A stretch of DNA of 64,000 nucleotides from Octopus vulgaris. Taxonomy: Eukaryota. A model generated the notes under the pieces. It did not search any database, had not been told where the DNA came from, and was given only the letters and a program-made list of their open reading frames with translations. Shown in pieces: positions 1 through 13,798 of this stretch (the stretch's first letter is position 1; every line of letters begins with the position of its first letter). The stretch covers positions 57,474,001 to 57,538,000 of the forward strand of contig OX597826.1 in NCBI GenBank assembly GCA_951406725.2, written 5' to 3'. Both the position numbers and the translations under genes were made by a program.

Positions 1-940
1 TTTGTTTATTTTATTTTATTTTTTTTAATTTGTCAATGACATAAGATGCTGCTCTGATCCCTACAAGCACTTACAAGTTCATTTATGAATAAACACATTA
101 GAGGGGATAAAAATATTAATGCCATGATTTTCTATTCAGCTTGTCAAAACCAAAGATCATAGGATAATTGAATAAAATGAAACCGAAACAACAAACTAAG
201 TTTGTTTTTATATACAGCCCAGATCACACCACACAACACATTTTAACATAATGCCAAGTATATAAACCAAAGATATGTCAAGCCAATATGATAGTCTCTA
301 CATAGTTGCTTCACCTGCCAGAAATATCAAATAGCATCCTACCAGAGAGGTGGCAATAGATAATGTAGCCTGTTGAACACTGTTCCTAGGTGAGAAAAAG
401 AATGGGATGGTTGCATCTGGTATATCTGATCATAGATCACCTCAAATAAGAGGGATTTAAGACTGAACAACAAGAACCAAAGATATATGGAAATTGATTT
501 CTTTGGGCTGGGGAAATTTATTTATATAAAGGAGAGGGTATAACTTCTTGAATGAATGAACTCCAGTATATCGCTGATACAACCATATAAAAAAAATTCT
601 ATACAGATAAAAGAGAGAGAGAGAGAGAGCAGAAGTTTTAATTAGTAGGTTCTTTATAGCAAAGTTCAAAGGAAGAAATACAGAAGTACTGGCAGGAAGA
701 GGCCACTTGATGAGGGGTTTAAAATATTTCTGAACACCTTATGTTTGCATGCAGAGACTAATTTGTAGAGTCTAATGAGCAATTACAGTTCTCATATGAT
801 TCTGAAGTATAAAGTTGGCAAGGTTTATTGCAAATGTAAAGCTTAATAGATTTCAAAGTTTTACAATTGATGTTAAAGGATGTGTTGGTTGCGTTTTTGC
901 AATACAAAACCTGCTCCAATTTGTTTAGACATGAACTCAC

Positions 941-1055
941 CGAGAAGCATTTGATCGAGCATACAAAATGTTCAGTAGGTTGTCGACACCCATAGCTAAC
1001 AGTTGCATACTGTCCTTCTCTTCCAAAATTGTGAAAGCTTACCATAAAGTTTAAT
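941..1055 (-). CDS. Internal coding exon (115 nt) of an unidentified minus-strand gene; peptide xLNFMVSFHNFGREGQYATVSYGCRQPTEHFVCSIKCFS
   Basis: Acceptor tttcactgtatttag| and donor TCG|gtgagt on the minus strand. Only one of three frames is open (phase 2 in, phase 0 out). The peptide is complex and non-repetitive, with retained CpGs in a CpG-poor background. Protein family not recognised. Confidence 0.65.
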
Positions 1056-1474
1056 CTAAATACAGTGAAATTTTAAGACTTCGTTTTTTTATGGGCATAT
1101 ATGGGTTAAGGATGAGATATGTGATGATAGTGAAGTTGCTACTAATCTCTAAACACCCTTTTCCAGAATCTTCTCATGAAATGTAACTGTGAAGAACATA
1201 TATTTACCATTTCTTCTTTCATGCTAGGACACTGCATTTCTCTGCAGTGAAGATAAATTATCTGTTAACATGTGCTTTCAGAGTTATGTGTCAAGAGAGG
1301 ATCTTTAGGCATTATATATATATATAATGCCACATTAGCACATGGCATTATATTTAGTTGTGCATATCTATCCTTTCATATGGGAAATTCAAATGTCTAC
1401 TCAAAATTATCTTCCCATTAAAAGAGGTGCTAAATCAACAGTTGCCTGAAATCAGTGACATACCTGTGTGCATG

Positions 1475-1516
<42 letters not shown>

Positions 1517-1520
1517 CATA

Positions 1521-1940
1521 CTCTCTCTTTTACTCTTTACTCTTCTACTTGTTTCAGTCATTTGACTGTGGCCATGCTGAAGCACCGCCTTTAGTCGAGC
1601 AAATCGACCCCAGGACTTATTCTTTGTAAGCCCAGTACTTATTCTATCGGTCTCTTTTGCCGAATCGCTAAGGGACAGAGACGTAGACACACCAGCATCG
1701 GTTGTCAAGCAATGCTAGGGGGACAAACACAGACACACAAACATACACACACATATATGCATATATATATACATATACACGACAGGCTTCTTTCAGTTTC
1801 CGTCTACCAAATCCACTCACAAGGCATTGGTCGGCCCGAGGCTAAAGCAGAAGACATTTGCCCAAGATGCCACGCAGTGGGACTGAACCCGGAACCATGT
1901 GGTTGGTTAGCAAGCTACTTACCACACAGCCACTCCTGCG
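1521..1940 (-). mobile_element. tRNA-derived SINE, family A, full length
   Basis: Minus strand starts cgcaggagTGGCTGTGTGGT (A box) ... GGTTCAGTCCC (B box). It continues with a CORE-like CTTGGGCAA segment, an internal (TA)/(TG) tract, and the tail aaggcggtgcttcagcatggccacagtcaaatgactgaaacaag. Highly similar copies recur in the window. Confidence 0.92.
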
Positions 1941-2633
1941 CATGTGCAAGGTTTTTAAATGTTTAAACACTATTTTGTAACATTCCTAACAAATGATTCT
2001 TAATCAGGACCAGATTTTGCTTCACAAAATTTTAAAAGGTCACTCATCTTTGATTTACAATTAAAGATTAACTTTTAACCTTTCACTCTTACATTTGATA
2101 TCCTACACATCAATGTCAACAGATCAACTGGTACTTGCAGTATTTAATTTCATCGATATCCTTGCTGCATTACTTCTCATTGGTCACTTAGCTCTGATTT
2201 GTCACCTCTAGCCATATGTCCTTTTTGTCACAGTGACTGTTAGAAATAATTAAGTAATAAAAATGACAAGAGCTGGATAAATTGAAATGAACTGGAGACC
2301 ACACATAATTATGAGAGAGTACTATAGTTGTTCTTCCCATCTTATGAAAACCATGATGGATATTGCTGAAGCCAATATACTAGGTTTCTGTCAGAAAAAT
2401 AACCACATTTCTACGTTTAATAGAGAGCCAATTAATTAACCTTTCGATTCAGAATAATTAAACTAATTATAACTATTGGAACATTTTCTAAGATTGAAAT
2501 TAACTCAATATGTATGAGAAGAGACCAGTAGCCAAGTTAATAATCGTATAAACCTTTAACTCTAATACATGAAAGAAAGTGTACAGCAGACCTCAAAATC
2601 ACTAGCAGGCATTATTATTATTATTATTATTAT

Positions 2634-2828
2634 TTGGCAGAATCGTTAGCACACCAGGCAAAATACCTAGTGGCATTTCATCTGTCTCTATACTCTGAGT
2701 TCAAATTCAACAGAGGTCAGCTTTATCTTTCATCCTTTCGCTGTCGATAAAATAAGTACCAGATAAACACTGAGGTTGATCAAATTGATTTATCCCTTCC
2801 TCCGAAATTGTGCCAAAATTTGAAATCA
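2634..2828 (+). mobile_element. SINE family B, degenerate
   Basis: tggcagaatcgttagc A box, gagttcaaattc B box, central ctttcatcctttcg..gtcgataaaataagtaccag; matches 29222-29455. Confidence 0.85.
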
Positions 2829-2855
2829 TCGTTGTTGTTGTTGTTGTTGTTGTTA

Positions 2856-3020
2856 AGCACACCAGACAAAACTTTTAGTGGTATTAATTCTGGCTTTATG
2901 TTCTGACTTCAAATCCCACTGAGATCAACTTTGCCTTTCATCCCATCTCAGGGTCAATAAAATAAATACCAGTTGAGCACTGGAGTTGCAAAATTTCAGG
3001 TCATGTGTCTATAGCAGGAA
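2856..3020 (+). mobile_element. SINE family B, degenerate second copy
   Basis: Same blocks (ttcaaatccc, tttgcctttcatcc, aataaataccagttgagcactgg). Confidence 0.75.
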
Positions 3021-3049
3021 GGATTATTACTATTGTTGATCATGGCAGT

Positions 3050-3203
3050 GATCAACCTCAGTGCTCAACTGGTACTTATTTTATCAACCCCAAAACGATG
3101 AAAGGCAAAGTCAACCTTGGCAGAATTTGAACCCAGAATGTAAAGATGGAGGAAATGCCACCAAGCATTATGCCTGGTATGCTAACAATTCTGCCAACTC
3201 ACC
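3050..3203 (-). mobile_element. SINE family B, inverted relative to the two upstream copies
   Basis: ctggtacttattttatcaacccc..gatgaaaggcaaagtcaacc..gctaacaattctgccaactcacc is the reverse complement of the family B head and central domain. Confidence 0.85.
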
Positions 3204-3987
3204 ATCTGAAGATGGTTCTAATATTATCATGAAGTACAGCATTTCTTGGACTCATGACAATTATATCACATGTCAAAAAGTTATGCTTTTGCAATTTAAC
3301 AGCAAGGGACAAGATACGAAATACTTGATGAATGAAGAAAACAGTGACATCTTTAAATTCTCAAGATGCAGCTGAAAATGTCAGTTATGCCACATTTCTA
3401 TGAAAGAAATTAAATGTGATCAGCAGCATTCCCCAAAATGTCATTAAGTTTCTACCTTCCAATGCAGAATGTTCCTAAAACAATATTCAATGCTATAGGT
3501 AGATATGTATCAATACAAGATTTATTGACATTATTTATTCTCATCAAAACTTCCAATAAGTGCAAGTATGATAGTCTTGGTAAGGTTATTTAGGACAGAA
3601 AAAGAACATTATATACCATAATAGTAGTAGTTACCTGAAGAAATGGTTTTTTTCTTTCAAAATCAGTGACAATTGCTTTAAAGCCTATCGGTTCTCTTCC
3701 CAGATTATAAATTCATATTTATATCTATAACTACCAGTGCACAAAGTTACGTGTAGATGGTAATTTTGAAAAGCTAGGGTTTCCAGGCAAAGCAAGTAAC
3801 CAGCTGATATCCACTTTGCAAATATAGTCTATAAGCAAAATAGTAAAAATATTCTAGATTTTTCTAGAGTTTAACACTGTTTTTAAGCATCTAAATTCCA
3901 GTAATGAAGCCTTGTTTCTTTCATAAAAAACATGTAGAAAGAATTTAAACAATTATTGAAGATAACTAACATTACACTATATGTATG

Positions 3988-3999
<12 letters not shown>

Positions 4000-4026
<27 letters not shown>

Positions 4027-4029
4027 ATG

Positions 4030-4069
<40 letters not shown>

Positions 4070-4088
4070 TGATAATAATAATAATAAC

Positions 4089-4137
<49 letters not shown>

Positions 4138-4176
4138 GTAATATTAGGGAGTATAACTCTCTAATATTTTTCTCTA

Positions 4177-4247
<71 letters not shown>

Positions 4248-4250
4248 CAT
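4000..4250. repeat. Compound microsatellite (TA)n-(AAT)n-(TA)n
   Basis: Direct reading. Confidence 0.95.
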
Positions 4251-4809
4251 GCATATATACATTGCTAAATACAAACATTAATAATAGTGGTGTGTAATGA
4301 AGTTTCATGAATTCAGTAATAGAACATATTTATTGGAACTTAGGGTAGACAGAAACAAAGGCTTCAGTTATATTCCAATTAAGGTGAGTGTTGTAGAGCA
4401 AGCAAGTGGTAAGTTCTTGACATGCTGAGTCCATTACATGGATCCAATTCCCAGTCCAAAGCAATTTCACTTCACTTAAGCTGCTAAAACCTTTGGGAAA
4501 GACATGACAATCACACCATTTCTCCCAATAAAATAAAGAGCTTTTCTGACTGGTTTAAAAAGAAACCAATATTCTAATCAATGAAATACTACCTTCACAA
4601 ATGTTCTTGCTCTTTCATTATCACATATTTTAAACAATAGATTTTTTATTTTAAATTGGTATTTGAAATAAAAACTCCAGCTAAATTGGTCTGTCAGAGC
4701 CATTTAAAGAAAAAATTTGGTAAATGACAAGGTATTTTATATTAAAAAGAATAAAAGTATGTTAAAGGTATCAAACATGACTGTCTCTTGTTTGTTATCT
4801 GTCCATCAG

Positions 4810-4932
<123 letters not shown>

Positions 4933-6589
4933 CATGTTTTCTGAACTGTTTAATTTCAAACATGTTAATATCTGTTTGCCAACAGTAACTAACAACTAAA
5001 GATAATACATCTTGAACACACAAATGAATCTTTGCCACCAGTAGCTACTATTATGCAGATTAGACATGGACAATATGATAATAAATTGTGTCATGGCTGG
5101 CTGACAATGGCTGATAGTAGATTAGTATAGCTTTATTTAAATTATCAGATTACAGCTGCCTATAAGTGATAACTGAAGTAGATGGCAAATATCAATGATA
5201 ACAAATAGTACAGGAAAAAATTACAGAAACAAGATCTGTTTAAATCTCCATCATCAAGGCACGGGCTATTTGGTTTCTATTGGCAACAGATTGTATCATC
5301 CTCGACAATGTTTTTACTATGTTTGTGATTTTTTTTTCTTCATCTTTCCACTTCATCCTGACAAGACAGTTTGGCTGCCTCATTCTCCATTAACATAAAA
5401 CCTTTACCTAGATAAGGCAGGTTCATACTACGCTCTCAAAAAGTTTTATAGTCATTTTATTTCTACTATTTCATTTCAGTTTTTATGACTTCCAATATCA
5501 GAGTTTGAAACAAATGTAGTTCTACAACTTGATTCTATAGCCTTTATTGTCTCACTATACACCCACTCTACCATATGGGAAGTCGTAATTCCAAGATTTA
5601 AGTAACTTTAGTTATTGCTACCCACTCTTTTGCCAGATGTCCATAAACTATTTAAATCTTCTAATTAGCGAGCATATCCTTAACTATTATTCAAATTCTG
5701 TTGCAGTTACTTAAAAGATAAACAAGTCTGTCAGATTCTCCGTGTGAACCAAACATATCAACAAATTTATTGCATCCATTTAGACAAAAACAAATTTCTT
5801 AAACAGATACACAATCAATGTTTCGACTTCTGCATTATATCTACACGAGTTACAAACATGAAAGGCCAAGATTCAAAAATATAATCTAAAATTTATTTTC
5901 TCTTGGATAAAGCATCAATTCTAAAACATAGCATTCTTCTTCTCTCCATGGCATATGAACTTATCCAAACTCATGAACTTTTCTGTCATATAAAGAATCT
6001 ATTGCTGAAACTATCATTTTAAGTTGAATATGCCAAATAAGAAAAATAATTATATGCGACAGCAAAAGAATCTTTTATCGACAAATTACAACTTAGTACT
6101 GCTATTAGTTAAATTTAGGTGGTATTTATAAGAGAACATCAACAAATGTTAATTTTCAAATCCCACATTGCAAAAGCATATGGATACATACTGCTCATTG
6201 CAAGCTGTAATGTACTACTTTTTAAGGACATGTTCTCTCTAGTATCAGCAACTGTATCAAGTACCAAGATAGTTCTTCTCAACAACTAAACCATAACTTT
6301 AAAAACTGAAACATTATCAAAAATCCACATGGAAAATTAAGGACCGTCAATAGTTCAGTGGGCCAAACAGAAGATGTCTGTCTTACCAATAAAAATGCTT
6401 ATTGTCAAAAGCATGTACAAATGCAGATAAATAATGAAATAGCTCAATATGCAAATTGTTATTCATGAGCTTCTCAAATGATATTTATTTTAATATTATA
6501 CAGTGACCTAAAATCTTGAAATTTTATGAGCTATTTCCAGTATATTAGAGATCTATCATGAAACATTATTTTGACACATTTTTTCTTTT

Positions 6590-6880
6590 ATTCATTTACT
6601 TTTTTTAGTCACTGGACGGCAGCCATGCTGGGGCACCTTCTTGAAGGTTTTAGTCAAATCAAATTTACCCCAATACTTATTTCAAGTCTGGTACTTTTTC
6701 TACCATTCTCTTTTTGCTGGTCCATCAAGTTATGAGAACATAAACCTACATCAGTTGTCACATGGTGGGGAGACAAGCACATATTATACACAAACACACA
6801 CCATCATAAATATGTATATGTGTATGTGTGTGTAGCTTCAAACAGTTTCTGTCTACCAGTATTGGGTGGCCTGGGGCTAT
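6590..6880 (-). mobile_element. SINE family A, old degenerate copy
   Basis: gccatgctggggcacc, tttagtcaaatc, tttctgtctacca and ggggctata blocks are collinear with 1521-1940. Confidence 0.7.
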
Positions 6881-9544
6881 ACTAGTAATGGAATTCAACC
6901 CATTATAGTTAACATATTTACACATAAATTTATCAAAACTTTTTATCAATTCTATTGTAAGCAAACCATTATTCTCGACACACAAGATGTGCTTTTTATC
7001 AAGTTTAGTGTGATATGTTCCAAAGCATTTTGAGGTGTTAAAATGTAAAACTATGTTAATCGAGTGGTGTCACATAGTTACAGAGAATGTAGTTATAAAA
7101 CAACTTGAGTAACAATTATATGAACATAATGAGACTTTTAGAACATACTAGGTGTGAATAAATAACAGATTCAACAAAATTAGCTTGGCTGTTAATTCAC
7201 CTCTAGGGTATCCATTAATAAAATAGCTGTTAAGTGTCATAAAATTACCCAACTAACCCAGAACTATGGCCTATAGTACAAAACAAGCACTTAATTCAAG
7301 CAGTCACAAATTTCTCTAGTTGCAAATTTAATTTACAATAAAAATAAAACAAAAAAAAATTCAGTTTTAAATTCCATGAAAATAAATATACAAAACAGGC
7401 ATGTTTTGACTTTGTTAAACATATGCATGATGATACTAAAACAAGTACCAAAATGTACCAAAAGAAATCAATCTGGATGTAAAAGAAATTAATTTTTTGC
7501 AAAGAAGAGCAAAAATAGTAAGAAATGAAATTATTTTTTGAGAGTATATTAAAAAAAGAGAAAAGCTTTCAAACTCAAGTGTATCAGTTACAGATAAGAG
7601 ATATAAGTATTATACCAAACTTTGGCTGGGAAACATTTTTTGGCAATGTTTATTGATTGAACAAAATGAAATAAAATTAAAAATCAAATAAAAACATCAA
7701 GGAAGATACTAGTTTCAGAAGACGTAATATCTACACATAAAATCTGAAAACATGATATAGTAAACTGGTAATATTTCCAAACAGCAGTTGCAAACCAGTG
7801 GGGCATGACAGTTAGAGCTAAGTAGAATTTAAATGATGAAATGGATAATGCAACTACAAATCTGAATAAGATACAAACGAAAAATATCAGATTAGATATT
7901 CATAGAATATAAATATTCACGAAGCGAGAGGGAAGAAGAAAAAATTTAAATGATATGAGTTTATCAGTTTCAAAATTTATTTGCTTAAAATATCAACAGA
8001 GGCAACAAACAGTTATTACATATGCAAACAGAAAAATCAAGAAAAGAATAGTATATTAGTAGAGCAGTGGATGACAAGGTGTAGTGAGAGTGGTATGATT
8101 GCTATTGTAACCAGAAACTAGAAGAAATACATCAAAAGTACAGATGGAAAAGCATTTGACATGTCTGGTTTATGTCTTCAGATTTCAGTTTATTATATTG
8201 ACAAATTTACCAAACACACAGCTTGATTACATAATGTGATATGCACATACATATGTGGATAATAGTGTGAGTGAATGAGTTTATTTACATACAGCACTGA
8301 CACACACAAATGGTTGAATGTCAGAGTGCATGAATGTGTGAGTGCTTGTGTGTTTATGCGCGTATGCCTGTAGAAAGCGTTTAAATTTTGTGTATGCTCA
8401 TGTGTGTGAATGCACACAGAAAGCATAGACTAACATTATATTTACATACACCACATGCAAATGTACATGAACATGTGTGGACATGGACACATGCATACAT
8501 ACACAGAGGGCAAAGAGAGAGTAGTGGACCACATCCTAAAATGTTGATTAAATTTTCCAGAGTACACATAATCCCAAGTTATTAATGGTTTTGTATTATA
8601 AACATCACTCATTTATTTCTATTCATTGTCAATTATTCACTGATTCTAATATTATTTATCTACAAATAGAGACTTGATTTGTTTTGATATTTATTATTAT
8701 CAATATGTATGAGTGAATATTTGCATGTGTTTGTGTGAGTGTGGATGTGTGTGTGCATGTATGTGTGAATATGACTAAATATGGTACATTTGGATGAGTG
8801 TGGGGTGAGAATGCTTAGGAGGGTTGTGAATGTGAATGTGGATTAATGTGTCTGAGTTTGTGTGTGGATGATAAAAACAGACAACGGTGAGGGTAAGAAC
8901 ATGTGTACATAAGTGAGTGGGTGGGTCTAGTTTCTTTCACTTTCCTTTTTTCTTTTTTAGAAATATACATTTCATGTTGAAATTATTTTCAATTGATCTA
9001 AATTGGATAATTTCCCATGATACTATTCCCTCTAAAAACAAACCACCTTTGATGTGTAATGAGATTACAACGTCATCACCATCATTATCATCAGTAGCAG
9101 GAGTTTTGATTTTGAGCTTCAGGTATTCAATTCTGGAGCTGTGCTACTATTTGAAGCAAAATTCCTTAATCCACTTAATATCTGAATGGGTTATAGCGGT
9201 CTGCAAAGCTAAACATTCAGAATGATCTGTTGAATCAAAATATTGCTATAACATTCTTTTAAAACAAATTTCAAACAAGGCTGATAGATCGATCATAACA
9301 GTAAATAGGCAAAAATTAAGGCTAATAATATACCAAGTAATAGGGCTGATAAACTTCAAACCATATATACTTATATATGATAGGACATCAGCCTCCTTAA
9401 CAACAGTTCTATCAATATACATCTAATACATGTACAACAATCTTTAGATACACATATGCGCACACATACACAGACACACACACACCGAAGATAGAAGTTG
9501 CTTCAAACAACTCAATGAAATGATTTCATATTCAAAGAGTAAGC

Positions 9545-9563
9545 ACACACGCACACACACACA

Positions 9564-9627
<64 letters not shown>
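9545..9627. repeat. (CA)n microsatellite
   Basis: Direct reading. Confidence 0.95.
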
Positions 9628-9629
<2 letters not shown>

Positions 9630-9639
9630 TGTATATATG

Positions 9640-9954
9640 ACAGTTAGATGGATATAACCTCGAAAACAACATCAAAGATGATATATAACGAAAGTTTTAG
9701 TTAATAGTTTCAAGCTCAGGGAAATAGAAACAGAAATGTCTTGACGTTTGAGACATAAACACTTCATCAGAAGAATTAATGAGAGATGTGATAAGATTAA
9801 GAAAAACGAAAATGCTAAGAGAGAAAAACTGTAAGAAAGACAAGAATCCACAAACAAATCTCATAATGACATTGTATTGAAAATGACCAGAAAGTGAGAA
9901 GGAAAAAGAAAATGCTTCAAACATGGGAGATGAAATGAAGCATAGTATATGTAA

Positions 9955-9955
<1 letters not shown>
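9640..9955 (-). mobile_element. Decayed Penelope-like terminal repeat with a broken minimal hammerhead
   Basis: Minus strand reads ttCTGATGAagtgtttatgtctCAAACGTCaagac...ccctgagc, collinear with 25215-25386, and sits between TA-rich tracts. Confidence 0.45.
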
Positions 9956-10002
<47 letters not shown>

Positions 10003-10005
<3 letters not shown>

Positions 10006-10630
10006 TCGTCATCATCATCGTCATTTAGCGTCCGCTTTCCATGCTAGCATGGGTTGGACAGTTCAACTGGGGTCTGGGAAGCCAGAAGGCTGCACCAAGC
10101 CCAGTCTGATCTGGCAATGTCTCTACGGCTGGATGCCCTTCCTAACGCCAACCACTCCGTGAGTGTAGTGGGTGCATTTTACGTGCCACCGGCACAGGGG
10201 CCAGGCGTGGATGGCAACAGCCACGATCGGATGGTGCTTTTGATGTGCCACTGGCACGGGGGCCAGGCGAGGCTGGCAATGGCCACGATCGGATGGTGCT
10301 TTTTACGTGCCACCGGCACGGAGGCCAGGCGTGGCTGGCAACGGCCACGATCGGATGGTGCTTTTTACGTGCCACCGGCACGGAGGCCAGGCGTGGATGG
10401 CAACGGCCACGATCGGATGGTGCTTTTTACGTGCCACCGGCACGGGGGCCAGGCGTGGCTGGCAACGGCCACGATCGGATGGTGCTTTTTTATGTGCCAC
10501 TGGCACGGGGGCCAGACGAGGCTGGCAAACAGCCATGGTTGGATGGTGCTTTTTACGTGTCACTGGCACGGAGGCCAGGCGTGGCTGGCAACGGCCACGA
10601 TCGGATGGTGCTTTTTACATGCCACCGGCA
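10003..10630 (-). mobile_element. Retro-element with an RTE-type 3' tail ((ATG)n end) carrying an internal 62-bp tandem array
   Basis: Minus strand ends ...ggaagggcatccagcc...ccaacccatgctagcatggaaagcggacgctaaat(gat)n. The same element occurs at 29835-29976 and 32603-32914. The RTE label comes from recalled tail similarity. Confidence 0.8.
10183..10630. repeat. GC-rich 62-bp minisatellite, 7 full units plus a partial
   Basis: Unit gtgccaccggcacggaggccaggcgtggctggcaacggccacgatcggatggtgctttttac starts at 10183, 10245, 10307, 10369, 10431, 10494, 10557; partial at 10619. Confidence 0.95.
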
Positions 10631-11814
10631 TATATATGTCTGAGCACTTATTGTTGTTTTATAAAAATGTGTGTTAGTGTGGTTCACTTGATATTCTGCT
10701 ATGTGGTTGTATTTGTGTGTGTGAGAGTGTGACGAGCATTGTTGATGTTTACTGTATGTCAATGCTTGTTTATTGAGCTATATAGTGTTGTGCTTGTGTA
10801 TGAAAGAATATGGTTGCTTGTGTAGTGGTGTATGTATGCTTGAAGTTTATGCATGTGAAGTTGAGTGTGTGTGTGCGTGTGTTGATTTGTTACAGTGAGA
10901 GGGTGCATGTGCTTATTGGCTTTTGTGTGTGTATGTTATACATGGTAAGATGTATATTGTTTTATAGCTACATGCATGTGTGCTCATCATCTGTATTAGT
11001 GTATTAATGTTGTTCTTGTGTGTTGTATTTTCTTGTATGGTGTGAGTGACTTACGTTTACAGTGTATGTGTGTGAATATTAAATGCATGTTTATGTGTTA
11101 CTATCTAAATGCTTGGGTGTTCATTGGATTTAGTGAAATATTAGTCTTATTGTCTATTTTTATGTGTATATAAGTGTGTGTGTGTGTGTGTGTGTGTGCA
11201 TATACACACACATACATGAATGTATGTCTGTGTGAAACATGTTTATGAATATTCATACATGTAACTCAAGAATGAATATATGTGAGTGTATACACACACA
11301 CAAACACACACATATATCTATATATTTGTATAAAGGGTAAAATATGAAAAATCAACGAAAATGCATATTGCAAATAGAAAAAGGCTATTTATGACAGGTA
11401 GTGACAAATATATACATTTAGATTGACTGAGGTAGTAATACGAGTCATAAAGGTCATTATTATGAGATTTTATTATTTTATTATTATTATTTTATTATTA
11501 TTTGTATAAATATATATTTATGTTTATATGTATGTATGCATGTATGTATATGATGTTCTAGCATGGCCATAGTCAAATAACTGAAACAATTAGGAAATAA
11601 TAAAAAAGAATACATGAATATGCATGTGAATAATACATACAGACATATATATGTAAGTATAAATCATCATCACTGCAATAACATCCACTTTATGATGCTT
11701 TCATAGGTCATATAAACTTCTTCTGGGACAAACATTTTCTACAGATGGATGATGCACAGATGTGCATATATGTATAAGTTAGTGTGTGCTTCTCTGTGTG
11801 GGTATTAATGTGTG

Positions 11815-11862
11815 TGGATATATATATATATGTATATATATATATAAGTGTACATATGTATG

Positions 11863-11914
<52 letters not shown>

Positions 11915-12300
11915 GCATGCATACATACATACATGCATACATACATACATACATACATGTAAGAGTGTACATGTGTGTGTGTGCACATGCAAGTATTTAC
12001 AAGCATACTCACACATATACACACATACACACATACATACATACATACATCCATACATACATACATACATACATACATACATACATACATAGACACATAC
12101 TTGTGTATGCATGCACATATGTGGCTGTATAGGTGTATACTATCTTTCTATAAATATTTATATTTGCATGTCCATACAATAAATATAAATATATGCATGG
12201 AGACATATTTATGTATACATATATGTATGTATATATACTCTTGTATACATATATGTCTGCATACATAGATATAAACAAACACACATATACAGACACTAAT
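11815..12300. repeat. (TA)n/(TACA)n compound low-complexity tract
   Basis: Direct reading. Confidence 0.9.
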
Positions 12301-13730
12301 ACTCACATAATACCCAATACCCAAATTTATATCATACTTTTCTTTAAATTAGTTTTACTTAGTCTGCAATGATTCTAAAATTTACAGGTATTAATTTTAT
12401 GTAATAACCCATCCACTTTTGAAAGAATAACAGAATAACTACAACACAAATATATGTGTAACTTTGTCTAACATTAATTTTAAAACTGTTCCATAGAAAT
12501 AAATTTTAAAATCCTGCATTTTTTCTGAAAATTATTATTGTTATTATTCACAAGTGGTTATTATTAATATTATTAAGTTATTACTTTAATAATTGTTGTA
12601 ATGATCCATACAAAAAGTTGTGTCCCTTTGGTAATGATCTTATACTTATCAACTGGAATAACCTTCCAAATGGTTATGCCCCCTTAGAAATAAGCAAGCT
12701 TTGCTTCAGTTGAATAATCACACAAGCAAGTTATGTCCCTTGAAAAGATGTGTTTCTATTGTTAAAAGTATGACTAGCAAGGCAATGTAACAAACAAATA
12801 GATAAAGGACATATAGAGAATAAATAAAGCAGATCCTTTTATCATGTGAAAATGAACAAAAGAAGATTACAGAATGTATTAATGAAAAAAAAAAAAAACC
12901 ACCAACACCAACACCAACACCTAAAGAAGGAAAAAAAAAGCATAAATCAAAACAAGAAAATTAATTTTTGGAATTTAAAACTGCATGATAATTCGATAGA
13001 GAAACAGAAATAAACAAAAAAAAAAAATAAAAATAATAAATAAATAATAACTTTTTCTTTCAGTTTCCGAGTGCTACTGACAATGCGAAATAGATACTGA
13101 GAAAAATATATATGTAAGAAATTACTATATAACAACAACAACAATAAATAATAATAACAATAATATTAATAATAATAACAACAACAAATAAAAGCAATAA
13201 TAATAATGTCCTTTTTCTTTATCAGATTTTCTTGAGAATTACAGAGAATTTTCATCAATAGCAAATAGTTCACTTCGCATGTTAATATCATTCAGTTGAT
13301 GTACAGTAAAGTACATTTTATATACAAATCTAAAGGATTGTAGGGTTTTAGTTTTGGTTGATGATTTTCTTTGTCTTTCCTCTCCCCCCCCTGCTTTTTT
13401 TTTTTTTTTTTTTTTTTTTTTACCTATTTCTTTAGACAGAATTACTCAAACTTGTCATCTCTATGTTGATACTGAAAACATTGAAAGATGCTGCAATGCT
13501 CGTGTCACTCTCAGGCAAACAGAGCCAGACACATGCATATAGGTGAAAATGCACTCTCACACACACACACACATACTTATAAAGAAAGTCGTAAACATAC
13601 TGGCTTTCAGCTGATTTTCCTTTTAGTTTATTTGGTCGACTTAGATATTATCCTTACTTTTTCTATTGAAAAATATTCACCACTGATGTTATATGTATAT
13701 TTATGTATGAATCTGTATGTGTATGTATGT

Positions 13731-13798
<68 letters not shown>

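Noticed and set aside
10054-10732. Overlapping 207/132/141-aa ORFs and a CRISPR-like appearance
   Set aside because: The ORFs arise from the stop-poor 62-bp tandem unit cycling through frames. There are no unique spacers or cas genes, and the context is eukaryotic.
11428-11449. let-7-like TGAGGTAGTA
   Set aside because: Only the first 10 nt match and there is no hairpin partner.
13435-13542. Plus-strand exon candidate after a poly(T) acceptor
   Set aside because: Weak donor (gtgaaa), no partner exons and no recognisable peptide.
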